Source of the DNA: Candidatus Methanomethylicia archaeon
Lineage (GTDB): Archaea; Thermoproteota; Methanomethylicia; Culexarchaeales; Culexarchaeaceae
NCBI GenBank assembly: GCA_038727515.1
Contig: JAVYVS010000001.1
Coordinates: 602,946 to 666,945, forward strand
Direction: 5' to 3'
Length of the DNA stretch: 64,000 bases
Shown one piece after another: positions 1-8,553 of the stretch. Both the position numbers and the translations under genes were made by a program. Every line of letters begins with the position of its first letter. Within the stretch, counting starts at the first letter, position 1. The notes below the pieces were generated by a model. The model saw only the letters and a program-made list of their open reading frames with translations. It had not been told where the DNA came from and made no database searches.

Positions 1-11
1 AAAGATTTATT

Positions 12-1208
12 TTAGCATGGTATTGTTAAGCTATCTATATCCCTTGGATAAAATGTTACAATTTCAACTCCATCATCAGTTATTATTACGGTATCTGAAT
101 GTCTAAAACCGGCAAATCCAGGTATATATATTCCAGGTTCACATGAGAAAACCATACCTGGCTTTAAAATTGTTTGATCACCATCTTCAATCCATGGAGG
201 TTCATGTCCTTGGAGCCCAATACCATGACCAACCCTATGCAAAATGTATTCTGATGGTACACCTTCTTCTTTGAATACTTTAAAAGCAGCCTTATTTACA
301 TCACTACATTTAACTCCTGGTTTAAAAGCATCTAGAGAAGCTTGCTGAGCTTTCAACATTATATTAAAGTATTTGATTTGTTTATCATTTGGTTTTCCAA
401 CGATCATAGTTCTTTCAAGTTCAGAATTATACCCCCCAATTCTAGCACCAGCTCCAGTAACAAGGACATCACCTTCACGTATAACAATATTTGAAGCTAA
501 CATATGTGGATATGCAGAATAAACCCCTATTTGACCTCTAAAACCAGCTGAAGCTGGAAGCATAGTTCCAGGTTCAAATTCAGGTCCAAGAGCTTTAATC
601 ATAGCAAGTGAAGCTTCAAAACTAGCTCTAGCAGCAACTTCAATCTCTAAAGCTCCGGGATAAACATATTCCTGGAGAAGTTTATGAGCTAAATTACCCC
701 ACTTAGCACTTTCCCTTATAAGTGAAAGTTCTTCTTCATCCTTAATAATACGCATATCACTTATAATTTTCCCAAGATTTTCAATTTTAACAGTAGGTAA
801 TACTTCACCTAATGATGGCCCGACATAACCCATAATACCAGGATATCCAGGGGCATCTACAGCAATCTTTTTATCACCAAGTTTTAATTCTTCTAATCCC
901 CTCGCTAAAACTTTCATTGGATGTTCAACACCAGGATATTCAAAATAGACAATCCTCTTTTTAATATGTGGGACTCTAAATTTTGAATGATCTTCTTCAA
1001 GTCTTGGTATAAATAGTATAGGTTCATCATCCACTGGAAGTATTAGTGCAGTAGGCCTCTCAGTTGAAATTATCGTATATCCAACAAGATAGAAAACATT
1101 TAAAGGTGTGAATAAGATCATCGCTTTACACTCACGTTTTTCAAGTTCTTTACGAATATAATTCATCCTTTTCTCATGCGTCTTCCAACTAATAGCATAT
1201 CTACCCAT
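12..1208 (-). CDS. Xaa-Pro aminopeptidase / prolidase (peptidase M24B family)
   Basis: 398 aa; creatinase/prolidase-like N-terminal region followed by M24 pita-bread domain; C-terminal motif HRVGHGIGLQGHEPP typical of M24B metal-binding region. Confidence 0.8.
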   Translation of the reverse strand: MGRYAISWKTHEKRMNYIRKELEKRECKAMILFTPLNVFYLVGYTIISTERPTALILPVDDEPILFIPRLEEDHSKFRVPHIKKRIVYFEYPGVEHPMKVLARGLEELKLGDKKIAVDAPGYPGIMGYVGPSLGEVLPTVKIENLGKIISDMRIIKDEEELSLIRESAKWGNLAHKLLQEYVYPGALEIEVAARASFEASLAMIKALGPEFEPGTMLPASAGFRGQIGVYSAYPHMLASNIVIREGDVLVTGAGARIGGYNSELERTMIVGKPNDKQIKYFNIMLKAQQASLDAFKPGVKCSDVNKAAFKVFKEEGVPSEYILHRVGHGIGLQGHEPPWIEDGDQTILKPGMVFSCEPGIYIPGFAGFRHSDTVIITDDGVEIVTFYPRDIDSLTIPC

Positions 1209-1277
1209 AAAAACACCAAATAAAACTAGATAAATAGAGTATAAAGCTTTAACTAAATAATAAATAAAACTATAAGA

Positions 1278-1856
1278 TTAATCAAGTTCTTCAGGTGAAT
1301 AAGACATTTTACGAAGCTTATCTATACTATCTTTAAAACCGCTTACAAGTAAAAGAATTCCTCCAGTAAGAGTAAAATCTTCCGGAGGATCTTTAATCCA
1401 TCTCTCCCCTGGAGATCTAACAGCCAATACATTAATCCCCATTTCATCAAGTTCAAGCTCAGATAGAGATTTACCATCAATTTCACTTCCTTTACCAACT
1501 CTAATTAGAGAAACACCTTCTTCAGTTTCACTGAAAACCATACTTAATATTGGATGAGATTTAAATCCCCTCATAACAACGTCAGCTATTGAGGCAGCAG
1601 CATCAGAAATAGATTCCATACATAAACTAAGCCTAATAACACCTAAAATGTTATGAATATCTCCGTCAATATCCTTAGCCTTTAAACATTCCAATTCTAA
1701 ATCTGTATGTAATCTATCCACTTCTTCCTCCATAGCTAAAACTTCATGGGCAATACTCTGATCATTGTATAAAAGGGAGTAATAAGCTAAATCAATCATA
1801 GACCTAGACATATCCATTATCTTAATAAGCTTCTCCTCAATAACATTAAAATTCAT
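1278..1856 (-). CDS. PhoU-like domain + TrkA-C (RCK_C) regulatory protein
   Basis: 192 aa; N-terminal helical PhoU-like segment, C-terminal TrkA-C-like block (GKSLSELELDEMGINVLAVRSPGERWI...LLLVSG); paralog of upstream gene with 4-nt ATGA-type overlap. Confidence 0.5.
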   Translation of the reverse strand: MNFNVIEEKLIKIMDMSRSMIDLAYYSLLYNDQSIAHEVLAMEEEVDRLHTDLELECLKAKDIDGDIHNILGVIRLSLCMESISDAAASIADVVMRGFKSHPILSMVFSETEEGVSLIRVGKGSEIDGKSLSELELDEMGINVLAVRSPGERWIKDPPEDFTLTGGILLLVSGFKDSIDKLRKMSYSPEELD

Positions 1857-2482
1857 TTTTCAAACACCTCCCTCAAATCTTTAATTTCACCAGAAACAAC
1901 CTTACTAAAATTATTTAATCCATCCATAGAACCCTTAACTATGAGAACATCATTTTCAAGAATAACCTCGGAATCTTCAGGATCAATGATTATTTTAGAT
2001 CCTCTTCTAATAGCTAAAATATATATTCCAAAATAAACATCTAGATTTAAATCAGCTAATCTTTTCCCAATAAGTATAGAATCTTTATTTGGAATAAATC
2101 GTCTATATTGAGGTTCAACTTTACTTAAAGCATTCTTTAAACATGAAGGTATACCAAGCTTAAGTCTAATAACTTGAACTATATCAGCAGCAGCATTAGA
2201 AATATTATCAATAGCTATTGCAAGTTTCATAACTCCTGCAAGAGTTTCAGCATCTTCTAAATCTCTAACGGCAATAGATGCACTAGCCCAAAGTTCATAC
2301 AATAAAGAATCTATATCCCTTTCAAATTCTAAAACTTCTTCAGCTAGATCAGCATCATCAAAAAACACTGAAGCATAAGCTAAATCCACTATTAAACCAC
2401 ATAGATTCTTCATATCAACTAAAACTTCCTTAACAGGACGAGGCCTATGTCTCCAAATATTAGAATGAGTATGCTCACCCAT
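1853..2482 (-). CDS. PhoU-like domain + TrkA-C (RCK_C) regulatory protein (paralog)
   Basis: 209 aa; TrkA-C-like C-terminus (LIGKRLADLNLDVYFGIYILAIRRGSKIIIDPEDSEVILENDVLIVKGS); tandem paralog of 1278..1856; immediately upstream of MgtE-like transporter gene. Confidence 0.55.
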   Translation of the reverse strand: MGEHTHSNIWRHRPRPVKEVLVDMKNLCGLIVDLAYASVFFDDADLAEEVLEFERDIDSLLYELWASASIAVRDLEDAETLAGVMKLAIAIDNISNAAADIVQVIRLKLGIPSCLKNALSKVEPQYRRFIPNKDSILIGKRLADLNLDVYFGIYILAIRRGSKIIIDPEDSEVILENDVLIVKGSMDGLNNFSKVVSGEIKDLREVFEK

Positions 2483-2566
2483 TTAATCAATAAAACCTCC
2501 AAGACAACTATATAAATTATAATAGTCATATAAATTAAAATTTTATGGAGATTATGAATGAAGTAT

Positions 2567-3862
2567 TCACGGGTAAATAATTAAGCTTAAAATTATAACT
2601 AAAATAGCACCATAAAGATCTGAAATAGATGTTTCAAGAGGTATTACAAAGTTATCAGGATCCCAACCTCTACCATAAGAATAACAACCAACAATATATG
2701 AAACAAACATTATCACGGTAGAACCAAAAAACATAACTAAAAAGCATAATAAGAGCATATTAGATAATGTAGGAATTAAACCAGTTAATGAAGCTAAACC
2801 ATAACCAAGTAAACCATAAACAAACCCCATAAAAGAAGCTGAAAGAAGCATACCAATAAATTCATTAAACATAGTTGAAATAGAAGAAATCTTTGAATCT
2901 AAATATCCTAAGGCAAGCCTAGTAGTGGTAACACTACCAAAAGATGAACCTACACCACCAATAGCATTTAATAATACTGGATAAACCATTAGAATCTCAG
3001 GATAATGAACAATATCTTCGATAAAGCTAGCTAGTAAGAGACCATTAATAACACCATCAAAACTACAAACAAACCCTACTGGAACCGCCTCTCTAATAAT
3101 AGTCCTATACATATCAATCCTCCTATCAAACTTATAAAAATACCAAATCAATATAAGTATTGGAAGAAATAAAATTGGATATATAAGTGTCACCATTAAA
3201 TTTCCACTTAAAATTAATATTACAGAAATGCTATAACAGAGGGAAACAATAAAATCATTAAGAATCCCAACAATGGGATATGCAACAACATCAGGATCCA
3301 ATCCCTTCCTAAAACTAATAAAGGCAGCAAAAATATTTAAGGGAAGAGCAACGAAAGTTGCGACAACACATGTAAATAGACTTGCAATAATAAAATTGGT
3401 GAATTCACCAATGGAAACTTGTTTAAAAATTAAGTTTATGAAAAATGCTAGTAACCCAACTAATATGGAATCTATATATGCCAATAGTATGGAAACCCTA
3501 ATTAAAGAATAAAAATCTATAGTATTATTTCTCCAAGAAGCTTTAATTCGACCTATATTAAGCATGGTGGTTAAATTCCCAGTAAAAACACCAGCAACAT
3601 CACCTCTAATAGTTAAAACCACTGGAAATAATGCTACAACCCAGTGATATAAAATCATGAGAGGACTTAAATTAGAAACAACTCTACCAGATAAAAGTCC
3701 ACCACTACTAAAAGATAAAGCAAATGCACACTGTAGAAAGTTCTTCCAAATAATTCTGCGAGATAATCTAATCAATGTTGCCCCATGATCAGCATAGCCT
3801 CCTAAGACATAGTTTAAATCAAAAATAGTGTTATAATTCATTTTAAATATTTTACTATACAA
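2567..3862 (-). CDS. MgtE-like divalent cation transporter with tandem-duplicated MgtE transmembrane domain
   Basis: 431 aa polytopic membrane protein; two copies of MgtE TM-domain signature (GLDPDVVAYPIVGILNDFIVSL and GRGWDPDNFVIPLETSISDLYGAIL), i.e. SLC41-like pseudo-dimer architecture. Confidence 0.6.
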   Translation of the reverse strand: MYSKIFKMNYNTIFDLNYVLGGYADHGATLIRLSRRIIWKNFLQCAFALSFSSGGLLSGRVVSNLSPLMILYHWVVALFPVVLTIRGDVAGVFTGNLTTMLNIGRIKASWRNNTIDFYSLIRVSILLAYIDSILVGLLAFFINLIFKQVSIGEFTNFIIASLFTCVVATFVALPLNIFAAFISFRKGLDPDVVAYPIVGILNDFIVSLCYSISVILILSGNLMVTLIYPILFLPILILIWYFYKFDRRIDMYRTIIREAVPVGFVCSFDGVINGLLLASFIEDIVHYPEILMVYPVLLNAIGGVGSSFGSVTTTRLALGYLDSKISSISTMFNEFIGMLLSASFMGFVYGLLGYGLASLTGLIPTLSNMLLLCFLVMFFGSTVIMFVSYIVGCYSYGRGWDPDNFVIPLETSISDLYGAILVIILSLIIYP

Positions 3863-3910
3863 TGAAAAGCTTCAATAACAATAAATACAAAATATAAGTA
3901 TGGTGGAAAA

Positions 3911-4930
3911 TTGATCGAAATAAAAAGGGAATTACTAGAAGAAGCAAAAAGCATACACGCAGAATCCATAATAATAGATGGACATTGCGATACAATATTA
4001 CATATGTTTCCAAGACCAAACATACCGGGGAGTAAACCTAGAAGTATATTGGCTAAAAATGATACTGGACATGTAGATTTACCAAGATTAATGGAGGCAA
4101 ACGTAACATGTCAATTCTTCGCTATATACACTGAGCCAATATATAAACCTTTGAAGGCAACAGCAAGAGCTTTAGAGTTGATGGCAAAATTTTATGAGGA
4201 AGTAGATAAATCTGAGGGGAAAATAATAGTGGTAAATAATTCAAGAGATATATTAAATGCAAAAGTTGAAGGAAAATTAGCAGCATTGATATCCATGGAA
4301 GGTGCGGAACCAATACAACATAATCCAATAATACTTAGAATGTTCCATAAACTTGGGTTAAGAGCAATCTCATTAACATGGAATGAAAGAAACATGCTTG
4401 CAGATGGTGTTGGAGAATCAAGAACTCAAAGTAAATTAACAGAATTAGGATTAAACGCTGTGGAAGAGATAAGGAAATTGAAAATGTTATTGGATGTATC
4501 ACATCTAAGTGATTCATGCTTCTGGGATTTAATTGAAAATTTCAAATTCCCCATAATAGCTTCACATTCAAATGCAAGAGCAATATGTAATCATAGGAGA
4601 AATCTAACTGATGAACAATTAAAAGTCTTAGCAGAGAGGGGAGGAGTTACTGGAATAAACTTTTCACCTTCATTCATAGTTAGCGAGGGAAAAGCAACCA
4701 TAGATGATGTAATAAAACATATAGATCACATAGTGAATGTAGCTGGAATAAATTATGTGGGATTAGGATCTGATTATGATGGAATATCATCAACACCAAT
4801 AGGATTAGAGGATGTTAGTAAATTACCAAATTTAACAGCAAAATTACTAGAACATGGGTATAGTAAGAACGATGTGAAAAAGATTCTAGGAGAAAACTTT
4901 CTAAGAGTGATAAAAGAGGTTATTGGATAA
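3911..4930 (+). CDS. membrane dipeptidase (peptidase M19 family)
   Basis: 339 aa; N-terminal IIDGHCDT motif and HSNARAICNHRRNLTDEQL motif characteristic of renal-dipeptidase M19 family; stop overlaps start of next gene (TAATG). Confidence 0.8.
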   Translation: MIEIKRELLEEAKSIHAESIIIDGHCDTILHMFPRPNIPGSKPRSILAKNDTGHVDLPRLMEANVTCQFFAIYTEPIYKPLKATARALELMAKFYEEVDKSEGKIIVVNNSRDILNAKVEGKLAALISMEGAEPIQHNPIILRMFHKLGLRAISLTWNERNMLADGVGESRTQSKLTELGLNAVEEIRKLKMLLDVSHLSDSCFWDLIENFKFPIIASHSNARAICNHRRNLTDEQLKVLAERGGVTGINFSPSFIVSEGKATIDDVIKHIDHIVNVAGINYVGLGSDYDGISSTPIGLEDVSKLPNLTAKLLEHGYSKNDVKKILGENFLRVIKEVIG

Positions 4931-6537
4931 TGGAAGTAGACATATTGATATTAAATGGGAGAATTATTGATGGTACAGGAGGACCATGGTATAAAGCAGA
5001 TATAGCAATTAAAGATGGTAAAATAATAGCCATAGGGAAAATAAGTGGTGTAGATGCAAAGAAAACAATAGATGCAAAAAATCTATTTGTAGCTCCAGGA
5101 TTCATAGATATGCATAGTCATTCAGATTACACGCTACTTGTAGATGGTAGAGCTATGAGTAAAATAATGCAGGGGGTAACAACAGAGGTTATAGGGAACT
5201 GTGGGAGTTCAGCGGCACCGGTAATAGGTGAAATGAGAGAAAATATTGAGAGAAGTAAGGAAATGTATGGTTTAAAAGTGGATTGGACAACTATGGGGGA
5301 ATATATGAATAAATTGGAGGAAGGAGGAGTATCTTTAAATGTCGTTCCATTAGTGGGATATTCAAACATTAGAATTGCAGTGTTAGGATATGATGCAAAA
5401 GAACCTACAGAAAGTGAAATGGATGAAATGAAGGAAATACTCATTAAAAGTTTAGATGATGGTGCATTCGGAATGTCAACTGGATTGAGATATGATCCAC
5501 AATCATTTGCGAAAACAGAGGAGATCATAGAATTAGCAAAGATAGTTTCAAAATACAATGGAGTATATGCAACACATATTAGAGATGAGGGAGATAGAGG
5601 ATCAATAATAGAAGCTGTGGAAGAAGCTATTAGAATAGGTAGAGAAGCCGAAGTCCTAGTTGAAATCTCACATTTAAAAATACTTGCAAAACCATTATGG
5701 AATAAATGCGATGAAATCCTAAATATGATTGAAACTGCCAGAGAAAAGGGGATTGAAGTAACTGCTGATCAATATCCATATGAAGCTAGTGGTACAAGTT
5801 TAATGGCTTGGATACCAAAATGGGCTAATGAGGGTGGAAGAGAAAAGTTATTGGAGAGATTGAGAAATCTCGAATTAAGAGAAAAAATAAAGTTGGAATT
5901 GTATAAGGCTATGGAATATCGTGGAGGATCTGAAAATGCAATAATAAGTAGATATGAATTAGATCGATCACTGGAAGGATTATCAATTAAACAAGTTGCA
6001 GAAAAATGGAATTTAAAAGACGATGAAACGGCAATAAAACTTGTAGAAAAAGCTTTAGAGGGAAAAACGGGTATTGGAATAATAAACTTTAATCAAAAGA
6101 GAGAGAACTTAATAAAGATATTTGTAAAACCGTGGGTTATGGTTGGATCAGATGGATATGCACTTTCACCAGCAGGAGTATTATCTAATGGTATACCGCA
6201 CCCAAGAAGTTATGGTACTTTTCCAAGAGCTATAGTAAAGTATGTTAAAGAAGAGAAGGTTTTAACATTAGAAGAGTGTATAAGGAAGATGACTTCATTA
6301 CCAGCTAACGTATTGGGGTTATGGAATAAAGGACTTATAAAAATAGGTTTAGATGCAGACATAGTAATATTCGATTTCGAAAAATTAAAGGATCAAGCAA
6401 CATACAATGAACCAGCAAAATACCCAATTGGAATAGAATATGTAATAGTGAATGGCGTAGTAACCGTAGAAAAAGGGATTCACACAGGAGAAAAAGCTGG
6501 AAGAGTTTTAAGGAGAAAAAGGGAATATAAATTATAA
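4930..6537 (+). CDS. N-acyl-D-amino-acid deacylase (D-aminoacylase)-like amidohydrolase
   Basis: 535 aa; amidohydrolase-3 N-terminus (ILNGRIIDGTGGPWYKADIAIKDGKIIAIG), metal-binding PGFIDMHSHSD motif as in D-aminoacylases. Confidence 0.65.
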   Translation: MEVDILILNGRIIDGTGGPWYKADIAIKDGKIIAIGKISGVDAKKTIDAKNLFVAPGFIDMHSHSDYTLLVDGRAMSKIMQGVTTEVIGNCGSSAAPVIGEMRENIERSKEMYGLKVDWTTMGEYMNKLEEGGVSLNVVPLVGYSNIRIAVLGYDAKEPTESEMDEMKEILIKSLDDGAFGMSTGLRYDPQSFAKTEEIIELAKIVSKYNGVYATHIRDEGDRGSIIEAVEEAIRIGREAEVLVEISHLKILAKPLWNKCDEILNMIETAREKGIEVTADQYPYEASGTSLMAWIPKWANEGGREKLLERLRNLELREKIKLELYKAMEYRGGSENAIISRYELDRSLEGLSIKQVAEKWNLKDDETAIKLVEKALEGKTGIGIINFNQKRENLIKIFVKPWVMVGSDGYALSPAGVLSNGIPHPRSYGTFPRAIVKYVKEEKVLTLEECIRKMTSLPANVLGLWNKGLIKIGLDADIVIFDFEKLKDQATYNEPAKYPIGIEYVIVNGVVTVEKGIHTGEKAGRVLRRKREYKL

Positions 6538-6541
6538 TTTT

Positions 6542-8500
6542 TTATTGCTTGAGATACCTGTCAAACCATTCTACAATTATCTTTAATCTTTCAACCCTAT
6601 GTTTAGGTTTTCCAGTCCTTGATAGATCATGATTTTCACCAGGTACTAAAACCATTTCTACATTTTTCTCAAAATGTTTTAAAGCAATAAAGAATTGTAA
6701 AGCTTCAACATAATGACATCGATAGTCTTCAAGGCTGTGTAATATTAGTATAGGAGTATTAACGTTTTCAGCGTATATTAATGGAGATTTTTCCAAGAAC
6801 ATTTTTACACTTTCAGGGGCCATAGGTTTAGCCGTTAAATCCCCAAGTATATGATCCAATGCAAATCTATAACCTATATCACTAGTTCCATAGAAGCTAA
6901 TCCAATTTGATATACCACGCATACTTACAGCAGCTTTAAATCTATTTGTATGTGTAACTATCCAATTAGTCATAAACCCACCATAAGATCCACCTGCAAC
7001 TCCAATTCTAGATGAATCAATAAATGAATAATTGGCTAAAACATAATCTAAAGCTTCCATAATATCCATATAATCTCTTTCACCATAATGTCCACGTATA
7101 TCAGAGAATTCTTCACTATAACCATCACTACCACGTGGATTTGTATATATCACAACATAACCCTTTGCAGCATAGACTTGAAACTCATGTATAAAGGATG
7201 CACCATAAGCAGTTTTCGGTCCACCATGAATATACAATATAGCTGGATATTTCTTATTTGGATCGAAATCTACTGGTTTCATTATCCAACCATCTATCTT
7301 TACACCATCACTAGCATTAAACTGGAAATATTCAGGTTTAGATATAGTGTAATTCCTTAAAAACTCAGAATTAAAGTTTGTAATTTTAATTTCTGAATTA
7401 TTATGGAATAAATATAGTTCTTTAGGTTCAGTATCAGTCATGGATATGAAAACAATTAGATTTTCAGATCCTCTCCTAGCAACATCAAAACTTTCAATAC
7501 TCCTATAACCATTAATTACAGGCTTAATAGACTTATCTTCAACATTCACTGAATATATACCTGTGGAACCACCATTATGAGCAATAAAGTAGATAGCGTC
7601 ATCAACCCATTTTGGACCTACATTGACTTCTCCACCTCTAACATCTGAATTCAATGAATTACTAATATTCAAAGTGAATTTCTCAGTTAATTTTTCAATG
7701 TTGAGTGTATTTAAATCAATAATATACAATTTATTATGTGATACTGACCCCCTAGGTAGATTGTGGCCTCTAAAAACTATTTTTGAATCATCTGGACTCC
7801 AACTTAAATAGTTTATGCTCATATTAGATAAAGTTAAACGTTTACTTTCACCAGTTTTAAGGTCATATATGAAGATATCATTAATGTAGGGTTTTAAATC
7901 ATTTAAGGTTGCTATATAAGCTATTTTATCTCTTGAATGATTTAAAGCCATAAAGTTTATATCAAAGTCTCCAGAAGTCAACTGTTTAACATCTTCACTA
8001 AGTATATCAACAATGAATATATGGTTTCTAAGTGTATGTATAAAGCCTCTACCATTAAACCAAAAGTTTATTCTATCAATAATCTTTATATCCTCCTGAA
8101 TAGTTCCAAATGATCCTAGGAAGATTAATTTATTATCATTAATCCAATCAACCTTAAATATTGGCAATTTACGTTTTAAAACCATTCTAAATTCTCCACC
8201 ATCCAATCTACCAATCCAAATTTCGCTTCCAGGCTCTTCCTTCTTCAAGGTTCTTCTAGAGGTAAAAGCAATATATTTACCAGATGGGCTCCATGCAGGT
8301 CTACCATCCTTAGGTCCATTGGTAAATGAGTAAACTTCATTGCTCTTTAAATCCGCTATCCACAATCTGGATATATAATCATTTTCATCTAAACTTGGTT
8401 TAGACAATGTGAAAACCACTTTAGAAGCATCTGGTGATAGTATTGGTTCTGATGGCATTAAAATCTTTGAAAAATCTTCGAAATCCACCTTTTTCTGCAT
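6542..8500 (-). CDS. S9 family serine peptidase (acylaminoacyl-peptidase type) with N-terminal beta-propeller
   Basis: 652 aa; TolB/WD-like propeller repeats N-terminally; C-terminal alpha/beta hydrolase with catalytic-serine motif GGSYGGFMT and His near C-terminus. Confidence 0.8.
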   Translation of the reverse strand: MQKKVDFEDFSKILMPSEPILSPDASKVVFTLSKPSLDENDYISRLWIADLKSNEVYSFTNGPKDGRPAWSPSGKYIAFTSRRTLKKEEPGSEIWIGRLDGGEFRMVLKRKLPIFKVDWINDNKLIFLGSFGTIQEDIKIIDRINFWFNGRGFIHTLRNHIFIVDILSEDVKQLTSGDFDINFMALNHSRDKIAYIATLNDLKPYINDIFIYDLKTGESKRLTLSNMSINYLSWSPDDSKIVFRGHNLPRGSVSHNKLYIIDLNTLNIEKLTEKFTLNISNSLNSDVRGGEVNVGPKWVDDAIYFIAHNGGSTGIYSVNVEDKSIKPVINGYRSIESFDVARRGSENLIVFISMTDTEPKELYLFHNNSEIKITNFNSEFLRNYTISKPEYFQFNASDGVKIDGWIMKPVDFDPNKKYPAILYIHGGPKTAYGASFIHEFQVYAAKGYVVIYTNPRGSDGYSEEFSDIRGHYGERDYMDIMEALDYVLANYSFIDSSRIGVAGGSYGGFMTNWIVTHTNRFKAAVSMRGISNWISFYGTSDIGYRFALDHILGDLTAKPMAPESVKMFLEKSPLIYAENVNTPILILHSLEDYRCHYVEALQFFIALKHFEKNVEMVLVPGENHDLSRTGKPKHRVERLKIIVEWFDRYLKQ

Positions 8501-8553
8501 AATTTATCAAAATAATTATATATTATCCCGATTTATACCTTACACTCCCAAAT

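Noticed and set aside
3273-3512. Numerous 60-190-aa ORFs lying antisense to or inside long CDSs (for example 3273..3512, 5127..5558, 7088..7360, 9041..9430, 27621..27974, 28245..28814, 59203..59997, 60212..60832, 61212..61754)
   Set aside because: They overlap well-supported genes on the opposite strand or in another frame, encode low-complexity Ile/Leu/Ser/Phe-rich peptides expected from reverse-reading AT-rich codons, and lack any motif; treated as spurious.
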